DNA of 64,000 nucleotides from Dimorphilus gyrociliatus (taxonomy: Eukaryota > Animalia > Annelida), in the NCBI GenBank assembly GCA_904063045.1, contig CAJFCJ010000011.1:744001-808000 (forward strand), given 5' to 3'. Each line of letters begins with the position of its first letter. The stretch's first letter is position 1. A program made the translations under genes and the position numbers. The notes below the pieces were generated by a model. That model worked only from the letters and a program-made list of their open reading frames with translations, was not told where the DNA came from and did no database searches. Shown here piece after piece: positions 51,324 through 62,500 of the stretch.

Positions 51324-52289
51324 ATGACCAACACGTCACCATTGAAAATTTTACGACAGCTAACTAAAACTATAAGAGCTGATGGTAGAAAATATAGAGA
51401 TTTCAGAAGGAGAATTTCTCAAGGTGACCCTAACAGTCCAGTAGGTGGCGTTAGCCAACTCTCTAACTCCGCCAATTTTATGGAGGAAAATGATGAAAAC
51501 CCGGGCTCCGTCGAAGAAGATTGCAATAAAATTGAAGCAAATAAACTCTCACAAAACTTATGCAAATTTGGTGAGAGCTATGGTCTTCCTGCAGAGCGTC
51601 GGTCAACAGCGTCCTTTGTAGAGGACGACGAGTTCCATTACCTGAAAGGAGAAAAAGTTCAGAGGTCACGATCTTTAAAGACATATAAAACTCCTCCAGG
51701 AACACCGCATCAGAAAAAGGTGGTTAGATTTGCTGATGCTTTGGGTTTAGATTTAGAGGATGTAAGAACTATTATGAACAAAGATTCCCCTCCATCTATA
51801 CCAGCATCGGCAATAGAGCCATTAAAGAAAGGATTAGAGGAAGAACAAAATGGTAATAAACACATCGTTGTCTGCTTTGAACAACCGGGAACGTCTGTCA
51901 ATTTTCTGAATCGAGTTCATTACCAGAAGATCTGTTTGGAAAGTGTTCAAGTGGAGGATCAAACTGTTTCAGGAATAATTCGAGTGGGAAACATTGCCTT
52001 TCACAAAACAGTAATAATCAGATACACTACGAATGAATGGCTCGATTATGTAGATGTTTTTGCTTCATATGTTTTAAAGTCTTGTGATGGCAAGACTGAT
52101 AAATTTTCTTTCACACTTTCTATTCCTGATTCCTTTAGAATTGGACATAGATTACAGTTTGCCCTATGCTATAAAATAGAAGGGGCAGAATTTTGGGATA
52201 ATAACGGAGGTAATAATTATGTGCTAGAGTGTTTCGCACATTCTTTCCCTACTTTGGATTCCGATAGAACCTGGATTCATTTCTTATGA
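51324..52289 (+). CDS. PPP1R3: Protein phosphatase 1 glycogen-targeting regulatory subunit (PPP1R3B/C/D-like, CBM21)
   Basis: Single ORF with PP1-docking motif KKVVRFADALG, GIIRVGNIAFHKTV and FWDNNGGNNY. First ATG at 51324; a full CRE lies at 51219-51226 upstream. Confidence 0.9.
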   Translation: MTNTSPLKILRQLTKTIRADGRKYRDFRRRISQGDPNSPVGGVSQLSNSANFMEENDENPGSVEEDCNKIEANKLSQNLCKFGESYGLPAERRSTASFVEDDEFHYLKGEKVQRSRSLKTYKTPPGTPHQKKVVRFADALGLDLEDVRTIMNKDSPPSIPASAIEPLKKGLEEEQNGNKHIVVCFEQPGTSVNFLNRVHYQKICLESVQVEDQTVSGIIRVGNIAFHKTVIIRYTTNEWLDYVDVFASYVLKSCDGKTDKFSFTLSIPDSFRIGHRLQFALCYKIEGAEFWDNNGGNNYVLECFAHSFPTLDSDRTWIHFL

Positions 52290-52841
52290 AAGCTCCTTAT
52301 TAAAATTGGTTGCAATCATGCTTTTGTTTGAACAGAGTAGACTTCTTAGGCAACATAATTTGTCCTACGTTGTTTTCTGAAATACTGATCAACCTATATT
52401 TCACTTTTTTTCTTGCCAGACGTTGGAAAGTTTCTTGATTAAATGTTAGCTTCATGTAACCTAATAACTGATATTTGTAGTCGTCCTGGCCGTCCTTTTA
52501 TTTTAACACGTTATACTCTCATCAGCAATGTCTCATTTCCAACTAGGCCAAGTTGAAATGTTTTCAAATTAACGAGAAATTTGTAAAAAAAATCTTTATA
52601 ATACAGCGTTTTAGTATTTATTCGTTTTTCAAGTTATATCTAATAAATATAATATTCTACGCTTTTCCGGAACTCTAGCAAATACTTAAAGTCACAGTAA
52701 AAAGCAAGTATTTCCAAACGTCTCTAAAGGCTGTTACTCATAAGTTGTATTTTTTCGAGATGTAACCTATTTAAATATTTGAATTAATATGAATATTACA
52801 ACTTGTTTCACAACAAGAAGTGTTTCTTAGTTTCAAAATCT

Positions 52842-53294
52842 TTACAATTGCGAATACAACATTCGAACAGCATTTGAGAATCCGACGTCATTGTAATTCA
52901 GATAGCATAAACTTCCGAATGCACATATCGATAAAAACAAAACCAAAGGCTGCGCAATTTTTCCAGGAAAGCCATGGATATAATCCTCGGCCACTCCAGA
53001 GAGACGCCAGTGGGAGTGGAGAACCATAGCTGTCACCAAAGCAAAATCGCAAATTGCGTTTGGGTAAATGAGAGCTGCCGGTATAGTTGGGAGCAAAGCA
53101 AGCATTACATATCTCTCTTTCTTCCAATGATGTAGTTCCTTAACTTTTTCGGTTTCCTCTTCAGGTCCCCTGATTCTCTTAGGAAGAGCGCTTGAAATTG
53201 AAATTGTTTTTCTCATATATATGGCTGGCGTTTTCGTATTTAGCGAAGCCCGCAGAAGGTTTGAAGATGCTAGTCTGAGAGTAGAAAAAGCCAT
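52842..53294 (-). CDS. SDHD: Succinate dehydrogenase cytochrome b small subunit (150 aa, intronless)
   Basis: Basic mitochondrial presequence, HHWKKER, HSHW...EDY and three TM segments. Confidence 0.92.
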   Translation of the reverse strand: MAFSTLRLASSNLLRASLNTKTPAIYMRKTISISSALPKRIRGPEEETEKVKELHHWKKERYVMLALLPTIPAALIYPNAICDFALVTAMVLHSHWRLSGVAEDYIHGFPGKIAQPLVLFLSICAFGSLCYLNYNDVGFSNAVRMLYSQL

Positions 53295-53547
53295 GATAGC
53301 CGAATTCTGACTGAAAATCCGATGTCTACTGAAGGTTCTTCAAGGTTATACTATCAGAATAACTATCAGGATATTCCAAATGCTCTTTCGTATGTCAAGT
53401 GGTTCGTATTCCACACTCAAAACACGATGTTATGTAGGTGGTGTCTATAGTCTACCCTACATTTGAGTTTACGATTTCCGCTTCCTGAGTAAACATGGAC
53501 GAATATGTCTATTAAAATATCAAATCTTAATTTTGTATCTTTTTTTA

Positions 53548-54856
53548 ATGACGATGGTCCTTCTTAATATGACAGAATTAACGACTGATACTTCAGAAGC
53601 TACTAAATGCCAATATAACTGTAATTATTACGAAGAAAAGAAAATAAAAGCAATCTTGTCAGCACAAGCAGACCTAATTTTTGCTCAGCAAAAAGAATTA
53701 CAGTCAAAAAACGAGCAAATTCAATGCTTAGCTAACGAAAATCAGCAGGTTTCAAAGTCTATTGTAATGTTTGCGAAATATTTTACCAGGCGCTATCAGA
53801 ATAAAAATAATACTATTAGAACCACTTCAGGCGCCATGTTGATAATTTTTTAACAATGTATCTGTTTGCAAAAAATTTTATTTCAATTTTTTCTAATTCA
53901 GTTGAAGAATAAATTGCTTAATTTTGAAAACAAAATTTGTGGGAAACACCAAGAAATGTAGGTTTTGAAAAGACAAATGTAATCGTTACTTTATTGATAT
54001 TTTTTGCAGAAGTAAGGAAAAGAGCGATTTTGATGAAAACCTAATAAATTTTAAATTCCCATTCGAAACTACTGAGAGCGCTTCATCAGAATCGTCTAAC
54101 AATTTCTACAACGATGTTATGGGTTACTTAAAAAGGTGTGAAAGCAACTATCCATCAGCAGAAACTTTTACGGATGCTGACATTTTGCGAACGGAAGCCA
54201 GAATTGAAAGCGTAACAAATTTAACAGCTGGAAAATTGTTTAATGAAGTTAAGCTCAGTGGAGAAATTAAAGTTCCTAGATGGAGAATAAATGGTTTATC
54301 TAATTGTTATACAATGGAAGGAATCGAGGTCAGAATACGTACTTTTAAATAAATCATTCAAACACATTCATATTCTGAGTGTTGGATCATATAGAATTTT
54401 CTTTTAACAGGATATAACCGATGACTCCTTTATTAAACGTCATTTGAATCTTGAGATTGAGGAAAAGAGAAGAAAGAGGTAGGATAAATACAATTACGTG
54501 TACATAAATTCAATTGTGGATTATTAGGTGGGACTCTCAAAGAGTAAGGGAAAGAAGACAGGTAGAGCACTTGAAGCAAGTAATGAGTTCTAGCAATCTC
54601 AATCAAAAAAAAAAGACAAAGTTAAAATCTTTTTTGACTGAAGGTTCAAACGGTAAAGAAATAATTTGAGGAAAATTTCTTATTAATTTCTCAATAATTT
54701 TACAGTAAAGTATGTTGAAATCTGTGAGACAGTACCAGTTACTGCTTTTGGGGAATCCATCCCTAAATTTGAAACAAAGTAAGATGATTTTATAATAGAT
54801 AATTCGTTTATAGTTGTATTAATTTCAGAGATTTTAATCTACCAAAAGACTTTTGA
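53548..54856 (+). CDS. MSL1: Male-specific lethal 1 homologue (N-terminal coiled coil, PEHE domain; about 289 aa)
   Basis: Exons 53548-53748, 53902-53957, 54010-54328, 54411-54478, 54528-54652, 54706-54778, 54829-54856. PEHE: KVPRWR...EDITDDSFIKRHLNLEIEEKRRKRWDSQRVRE; C-terminal VPVTAFGESIPK. The start could instead be 53569. Confidence 0.85.
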
Positions 54857-54945
54857 AATTTATCCCGTCTCATTAATGATCTTACCTTTGTTTAATTGTT
54901 AATACATGTTTTTAAGAATGATCAATTTTTGAAAATAAGTCTTTT

Positions 54946-55718
54946 TTATCTAAACCAGCTGGGCAAGTCTGACATATCCCAACTGACTCGCTTGTCTTTA
55001 AAGTAAGAATCTTTAATTTTAGAGGCCTCTTTCAAGTCCTTGTCTTCAGGTGTTTCCGACTTGAATAAATTGGGGAAAGTATATTCGTATCCATCAGCCT
55101 GAAAGTTATAAATAATTGTTTTATATATCTTTATTAATAAATAACAAGAATAAAGAGAAAAAGCTTTACTAGTTGTACAAAGGCCATTCTGATTTGATCA
55201 TCTCTATCGGAAATGTTTCGTCTTATAAGTTTATTTTTATGATCCAAAACTCTTGCAAACCCTTCCTTTTCTTCGGCTAAGAAAGAACTGAACTATGAAA
55301 CTATTGTAAAATGAGTGAACATAAGCATATAACTCACGGCGAAGCAATGTTGTTCTTACTCTTCTTACGGGTATTCGATAAACCTTTTCTAAATATTGCT
55401 TCACATCATGGTTTGTCATTCTGATAAGAAACATATTATTTAAAATTTAGTTTACTAGTAATTCACATACTGAGGATGTACTTCAAAGGCAACATAATCT
55501 TTTGGTTTGTTATATTTTTCGGCCCGAATCATTTTCATCCAAAACAACGGGAGATATATTCGAAGCTGAGGATTATTTTTGTACCATAAAGGGTATTTCG
55601 GAATCTTTTGTTTCCACAATGGTCTATTTAATATGTCAATTTAAGTATGGTTCAAATCTAGCATTTAAAAAGAAACTCACATGTACACAGATAGCTTTTG
55701 AAGAAATTGTGAAGACAT
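54946..55718 (-). CDS. MRPL23: Mitochondrial ribosomal protein uL23m
   Basis: Spliced reading MSSQFLQKLSVYIPLW...YPLWYKNNPQLRIYLP...FEVHPQ|MTNHDVKQYLEKVYRIPVRRVRT...MAFVQL|...LPSWFR*. Confidence 0.88.
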
Positions 55719-55866
55719 GCCTGTTCTTTAATAAGTGTCAAGGTCACTGAGACTGAGAACAGCTTAATAACTTACCGCGTTTTCGTAAACCAATGAACTC
55801 ACACCACATATATCTTCTGTTATATTGCAGACGACACAAACGTGTTGTTATAATTTAGTATCAGAT

Positions 55867-58461
55867 ATGCTTAATAGTTTATCGCTTGTTCCTCTTTTTC
55901 TTCTCAGTCTGGACATTCACCTCAGTGGTTTGTCTTTTACTATTTATTAATTTTTTTCATTTATAACTTTTACTTAATCACTCTGACAAGAGTTATTTCA
56001 TTTTTGCTTAAGTTAATGATAGGTTTCTTATAAGAAATTATTATAAATGACTTTTAGGAGGGACTGTCGCTCATACTGGCGTGAAAGGTTACTCCAGTTT
56101 GACTGCTTTATTTCTCGCAACTTGGTCAACATTAAGTGAAGGCAAGTAGTATTATACAAGTGTTTGCTTATGATTTCATGTTTATAGTTTCATATTGTCT
56201 ACATCTCTTTATATATTTCTTTACATCTGACGGTATTTATGAACAATACACCGTTGAGTTAAGTTGTAGAAGTTGTCTTGATCGAATTCTACAGCTATAC
56301 CTTGTCTAATAACAATCATCATTTTCTTAGGAGTTACAGCATCTACTGAAGATGTTGATAAACACTTAGAAATGGGTAAGAAAATGTTGGCAGGCGGTCA
56401 ATTGAAAGACGCTCTTCTTCATTACAGTGCGGCTGTGGGTGAGAACTTGACCAAAATTATAGCTGCTGTGATTGCTTAACTTTTTCATTGAATGTAGATG
56501 GAGATCCAAGCAATTATCAAACATATTATAAAAGAGCAACAGTTCTACTGGCCTTAGGAAAGTCCAAATCAGCACTACCTGATTTAGATAAAGTTATAGA
56601 AATGAAACCGGATTTTAATGCAGTAAGTTGTTAAGAGATAATTAATTGTAATCTCTGTAAAACTTCCGATTTATCCTAGGCAAGACTGCAAAGAGGTAAT
56701 GTAAAATTGAAGCAAGGAAAACTAGATGAAGCGTCCACAGATTTTCAAGAAGTAGTACGTATATATTATTATTAAATTGTAGAAGTAATTAAGACAATTT
56801 ATTATTTTTTTCTAAATCTATTAGATTAATAGGGATCCGACAAATAAAGATGCAGAAAACCAACAAAAGTTAATTAAACCTCTAAAAATAGATATTAAAG
56901 AAGCAATGGAATTGATTGAAGATGAAAATTATAACGATGCCATAGCTTTATTAACAAGATGTATTGAAATTTGTCCATGGGATCCAGAGCTACATGAAAA
57001 AAGGGCAGAGTGTCACATTGCTCAGGGTATATTTCATTAATATATAACTCAGACGAATATAATACCTTATGTGTTCAGGAGACTACCTCAAAGCAATTAA
57101 TGATATCAGACCAACAACGAAGTTGAGGAATGATAATACCGAAGGATATTTGAAATTAAGCGGCCTTTATTATAATATGGGAGACGCTGAGGAATCGTTA
57201 ATGTACGTTAGTTGATTGTCATAATGTTTAAAAAACGTGTTTAAAGACGTCATAATTAAGTTGTTTTAAATCGCCGTTTTAAATGTTATACTTAATTAAA
57301 AAGTTAATTATTTTATTAGTCAAATACGAGAATGTCTTAAATTGGATCCAGATCATAAACGGTGTCATGACCATTACAAAAAGGTAACGAATCTTCATGT
57401 CAGTTAGATTAAAAATATATTCGCTTTAATTCTCATATAGGTAAAAAAACTTTCCAAGCAAATGTCCAGTGCTCAAAAGTATATTAACGAAAACAAATGG
57501 AAAGAATGTATTGAAAAATCACGCGTTATGCTTAAAACAGAGAATAAAGTCAATGCCTACATACTGAAGGCTCATTCTCATTTGTGTCATTGTAACATGA
57601 AGGTTGCTTTGTAATTTATACTATATATTCTGTAAATTATTGTATATTTTGGATTTATTTGTAGGACGGTAATATTAAAGAAGCATTCAGTGAATGTAAC
57701 AAAGTTCTAAATATGGATGAAAATAACATTTACGCTCTCTGTGATCGAGGAGATACTTATATCATAAATGAGCAATACGAAGAAGGTATTCAAAATATAC
57801 GGAATTTTAACATAATGAAACTTCTTCTTTGTCAGCTGTTAATGACTACCAAAAGGCAAATCAAATAGACAAAGAGAACTCCAGAGTTCACGAAGGTCTA
57901 AACAGAGCAGAAAAATTATTAAAGCAATCAAAGAAAAGAGATTACTACAAAATTTTAGGAGTGAAGAGGTATCTAATAATAATAAACTATAATATCCTAA
58001 CTTTCATAGAAACAAAATGAGACTTAATTGCTTTCTCTTAACTATTAAAAAACGAATTATCCCACATTTAGTTTGAAAACTATATATTATTTAAAATATT
58101 TGTTATTTTTTAGAAATGCTAACAAGAAAGAGATCTTAAAATCCTATAGACAATTAGCAGCAAAATGGCATCCAGACAAATATGAAGGAGCAGATAAAAA
58201 GTCTGCAGAAAAAGCTTTTATTGATATTGCTGCTGCTAAGGAAGTTTTAACGGATCCTGGTATGTTTTATCTATATTCATTATGTTTTATCCATTTCCAA
58301 ATCAGTTTAATTAATTTTTCGTGAATAAAGAAAAACGTTCAAAGTTCGACAACGGTGAAGATCCCCTAGATGCCGAAGAACAAGCCCAACAAAATCATGG
58401 TTTTCATGGATTTAACCCATTCGAGTCAAGTGGCTTTCAATTCAAGTTTAACTTTAATTGA
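55867..58461 (+). CDS. DNAJC3: DnaJ homolog subfamily C member 3 (P58IPK): signal peptide, TPR repeats, J domain
   Basis: Exon 55867-55927 encodes signal MLNSLSLVPLFLLSLDIHLS; from 56331 GVTASTEDVDKHLEMGKKML...; KRDYYKILGV; WHPD; FIDIAAAKEVLTDP; C-terminal FKFNFN*. Confidence 0.93.
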
Positions 58462-58758
58462 ATTACATGATTTTGGACTGCAATTACTGTTTTATTAGGA
58501 TATTAAGAAGAATAATTGTTATGATCTTTGAAACAATAAAATAAATTTTGTTCTCTAAAATCCGTCTCAAAAGTAAAGAAGCATTTAACTTGTGTATGAG
58601 GTGTAAAAAATTAAGTAGATAAATAAACTAGATTGTAAAAAACTTAGGTTTTTTCTGATTGTTTCACTTGACAAAGTTCAGTTAAATATTGTGAGTTAAA
58701 AAACAGATGGCGTAAGAATACTTACTTCTTGCATACTTAAATATCGCCCAGATTTGAA

Positions 58759-59249
58759 ATGCAGCAATATATTTCAAATATATGGAGATATCGATTTAAT
58801 ATAGTATTTAAACGCCTGATAGGGTTATCCAACTATAGTTTGGGAAGAAATAAGTTCATCTACCCAAAGCTGGATGAAACTCAATTGGAAGAAACTCTGA
58901 CAAGTGGACATGGTCCTGGGGGACAGTCTGTAAACAAAACAACAAATTGTGTCGTCTTACGTCATAAGCCGACAGGATTGTTTGTAAAAGTAGGTTTCAA
59001 TATATATTTATATTGTTTAGTCCTAATTTTGTGTAGTTTTAGTGTCACGAATCACGGGATCTTAATGTTAATAAAAAATTGGCTAGAATAAGACTTCAAG
59101 AAAAGCTGGATTTACATCAAAACAAATCGCGTAGTTTACAATCAATGGCTAAAAAAGATGCAGCCAGGAAGCGAGCTCAAAAGGTGAAAAAAACAAACGA
59201 ACGTCTTCAAAAATTAGCTGCATTCAAAGAACGTGAGGGGTTGTCTTGA
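58759..59249 (+). CDS. MTRFR: Mitochondrial translation release factor in rescue (C12orf65-like, GGQ)
   Basis: Exons 58759-58989 and 59043-59249; [29 protein letters not shown] and a basic C-terminal helix. Confidence 0.88.
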
Positions 59250-59461
59250 CACGTTCGTGTTGTTTTCAATAAATTACTAACATATTGTGGTAAAATATCA
59301 TTTAAATTTTAAAATATAGAGCTTTGAGCAGTTGGTTTCTTATAGGCAAAGTGTGAGAGAAAAGAATTATTATAAAAAATATATTCCACTAAAGAAAAAC
59401 TACTGAAGTTCTGTGCTGAATTTCTTCGTAATTACCGTTCGAATTTAGAATAGTGTCCATT

Positions 59462-59535
59462 ATTGCGCATGCGCAATCTTAACTTGAGCACGAGCGGAAC
59501 TTGTCGAAGTCTCGTTCATTGTCGTTATATCGATA
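59462..59535 (+). promoter_or_regulatory. DDB1 proximal promoter: NRF1/ewg palindrome ATTGCGCATGCGCAAT (59462-59477) and DRE TATCGATA (59528-59535)
   Basis: Exact motif matches 55-130 nt upstream of the DDB1 ATG. Confidence 0.6.
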
Positions 59536-59589
59536 ATAAAGTACTATCGTCGATATAGCAATATCGCGATCTGTTAATCAATCTTCAAA

Positions 59590-62500
59590 ATGTCCTACAA
59601 CTACATTGTGACTGCCAAGAAACCGACCACAGTGTCTGCAACAGTAACCGGTATGTATCTCCAGAGAAAATTTCTGAAATGAAGCTCAATTCTATTTCAT
59701 AATAGGTCACTTCACATCAACGGATGTTATTAACCTTATATTAGCAAGAAATAGATTGATAGAAATATATGAGCTAACTCCGGAAGGATTAAAGTCAGTA
59801 AAAGAGTTCGAAATTTTTGGAAAAATTGCAACGCTGAACGCCATTTTACCAGATGTAATATTTTTTAACCCTGCTTGTTTTGAATATTCTTACATTTGTC
59901 TTATCATTTCAAATACCAAAATATTTTGCTGTTATATTAAAAATAGTATATACCTGGAATTACGACTGAACTTTTAAAACAAACGATTTCTTCTCACTCG
60001 AATCAAATTAATTGTTTTAAACAGAAGCTTCTTTACAGGGATACGACAAAAATTTGCTGTTTATTGTTACTGAGAAAGGTTCAGCAACAATGCTTGAATT
60101 TGTTCAAAAGTCATCTGATCTTGAAATAATTACAAGAAGCTATGGAAATGTTTTTGTAAGTTATATTTCATAGCTACGATTTTAACATTCATGAAATATA
60201 ATGATAAATATAGGAAAGAACTGGAAGGCAAGCTGAAAGTGGAATAATTACTTTTGTAGATCAAGAAAATAGATATATATTTATTAGAATATACGACGGT
60301 TTATTAAAAGTTCTTCCAATAAAAAATTTGTCGGGAATTTTTGAAGAGGGAGCAAAAGAAATAAATTCTTACAATATTCGTATAAAAGAATTGGATATCA
60401 TAGATGTCTGTTCGTTATATATTAAAGGGGCACCTACTTTTGCAGTTTTATATGAAGTAAATACAGCCGTTTAGTTCAATTATTTTAAATACTGATATTG
60501 AAATCTAAACTTTTTGAAAGGATAATTCTTCGAGGCATATTACAACTTACAAGCTTGATGAAGAAGAAACTGAACTCGAAGATGGACCTTGGGAGCAACG
60601 TGACGTTGAACAGGAAGCAATATATATTGTTCCAGTTCCTGAACCTATTGGTGGACTTTTAGTATTTGGTCAAGTATCTATTGCACACCTAAACAAAGGG
60701 ACGTGTGAATGCCGCACCCCTGCAGTTATGCAGGTAAACTCGAAAAAAAAAAATTTTCACTCAGAAATTTAGTAATTTGACCTTTACAGAATCATTCAAT
60801 AACTGCTGTTGAAAAAGTTGATAAAGATGGCAAGAGATTTTTACTTGGAGATTCCTTCGGAAGATTATATATTCTCATATTAATTGTTCATGAGGATTCT
60901 AATACTGGAGTTAGTGACCTTCAACTAGAAATTATTGGGGAAGTTAGTAAATATTTTTAAAGTAATAATAAATGTTATTAATCGTTTTATTTCAGACCAA
61001 CGTAGCAGACAGAATAACTTACTTGGACAATGGATATATATTTATTGGATCTTACTCTGGTGATGCTCAATTAATTAGAGTGAGCCTTGTGTTGTTGAGA
61101 AAATTTGTAACTTAGTAATGTTTTTTATTCCCTAGTTGCATAAAACTAAAAACCAAGATGGATCTTATGTCGAAATAATGGAAAATTTTTCAAATATAGG
61201 TCCTATTTTAGACTTTGCAGTCGTAGACCTAGAGAGTCAGGGCCAAGATCAAGTATATTTCTGTTTTTTCCAAACATTAACTAAACATAGATAATTTTAG
61301 ATGATTTGTTGTTCCGGTAATCTCCATAATGGATCTTTAAGAGTCATCAGGAATGGAATTGGTATAACTGAAACAGGAATAATTGAACTTAGTGGAATTA
61401 AGGGAGTATGGCCGTTATCGATTTATGAAGAGAAAGATGAGGATGTTATACTTTTGTCATTCCCAGACGAAACAAAGTAAATCATTGTTTTATCTCTATA
61501 AAATTTTGATTGTCTCTCCTGTAACAGACTGATCGCTTTATGGGAAGAGATGGAAGAGATAACTATCACGGGTTTCGAGCAAGAAACGAGGACCCTGTTT
61601 GCATCGAATGTAAAGTTTGGTCAAATTCTTCAAGCTACAAGAAAAAAATTGATCTTGTGGAATAAATCTAAAAGAGAGCAAACTTTTTCTTGGAGCCTGG
61701 ACGAAGACAAGAATATATCTTTATGTAATAGCAACAATGAACAAGTAGTGGTCGCTTCAGCAGCTAAGTTAATCTACTTTGAAGTGAGGGATGGACATCT
61801 AGAAAAAATGGCAACAGTAGAGTTGCAGTATGAAATAGCTTGCATGGATGTGACCCCTAGAGATGGTAGTGACCGAACAGATGTCGTATGTCTAGGTGTA
61901 TGGACAGATATCTCTATTTATATTTTAAGTTTGCCTAATTTGTCAGAAATTCATTATCAAAAACTACCAGGAGGTGGGTGGATTTTAAAACAATATTTCT
62001 TTTTTAGCTTACAGTTTTAATACTTCCTAGAAATCATACCAAGATCGATACTGACAACGGTATTTCAAGAACGACACTATCTTATGATAGCTATGGGAGA
62101 CGGAACTTTATATTACTTTTTAATCAGTCCATTTGATGGTGAGCTTATACACTGTTTCTTACACCTTGACATTCCTAATAAGAATAACTCCTAGGCAATA
62201 TTCACAATCGTAAAAAAGTGACTCTTGGAACGCAGCCTCTTCATATTCGTCATTTCACATGGAGGGGAATTACAAATGTCTTCGTTTGTTCTGATCGGCC
62301 GACTGTTATATTTTCTTCAAATCAAAAGCTGGTTTTTTCAAATGTTAACTTAAGGACAGTCAGCTATATGTGTTCTATAAATTCAAAAAACTACAAGGAC
62401 ACGTATGTACTATCAATTTGACATTGGAAATACAAAAATATTGTTTTTTGCAGATTATTGTTAGTCAGTAATGATGGTATATTATTTGGTGAAATTGATG

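Noticed and set aside
53401-53412. GGTTCGTATTCC resembling a tRNA T-loop
   Set aside because: No acceptor, D or anticodon arms; lies in the SDHD/MSL1 promoter.
58703-58712. CAGATGGCG as another CTCF-like site
   Set aside because: Better explained as a YY1-like or start-codon context (possible ATG GC mini-exon with a 40-nt intron into MTRFR); ambiguous.
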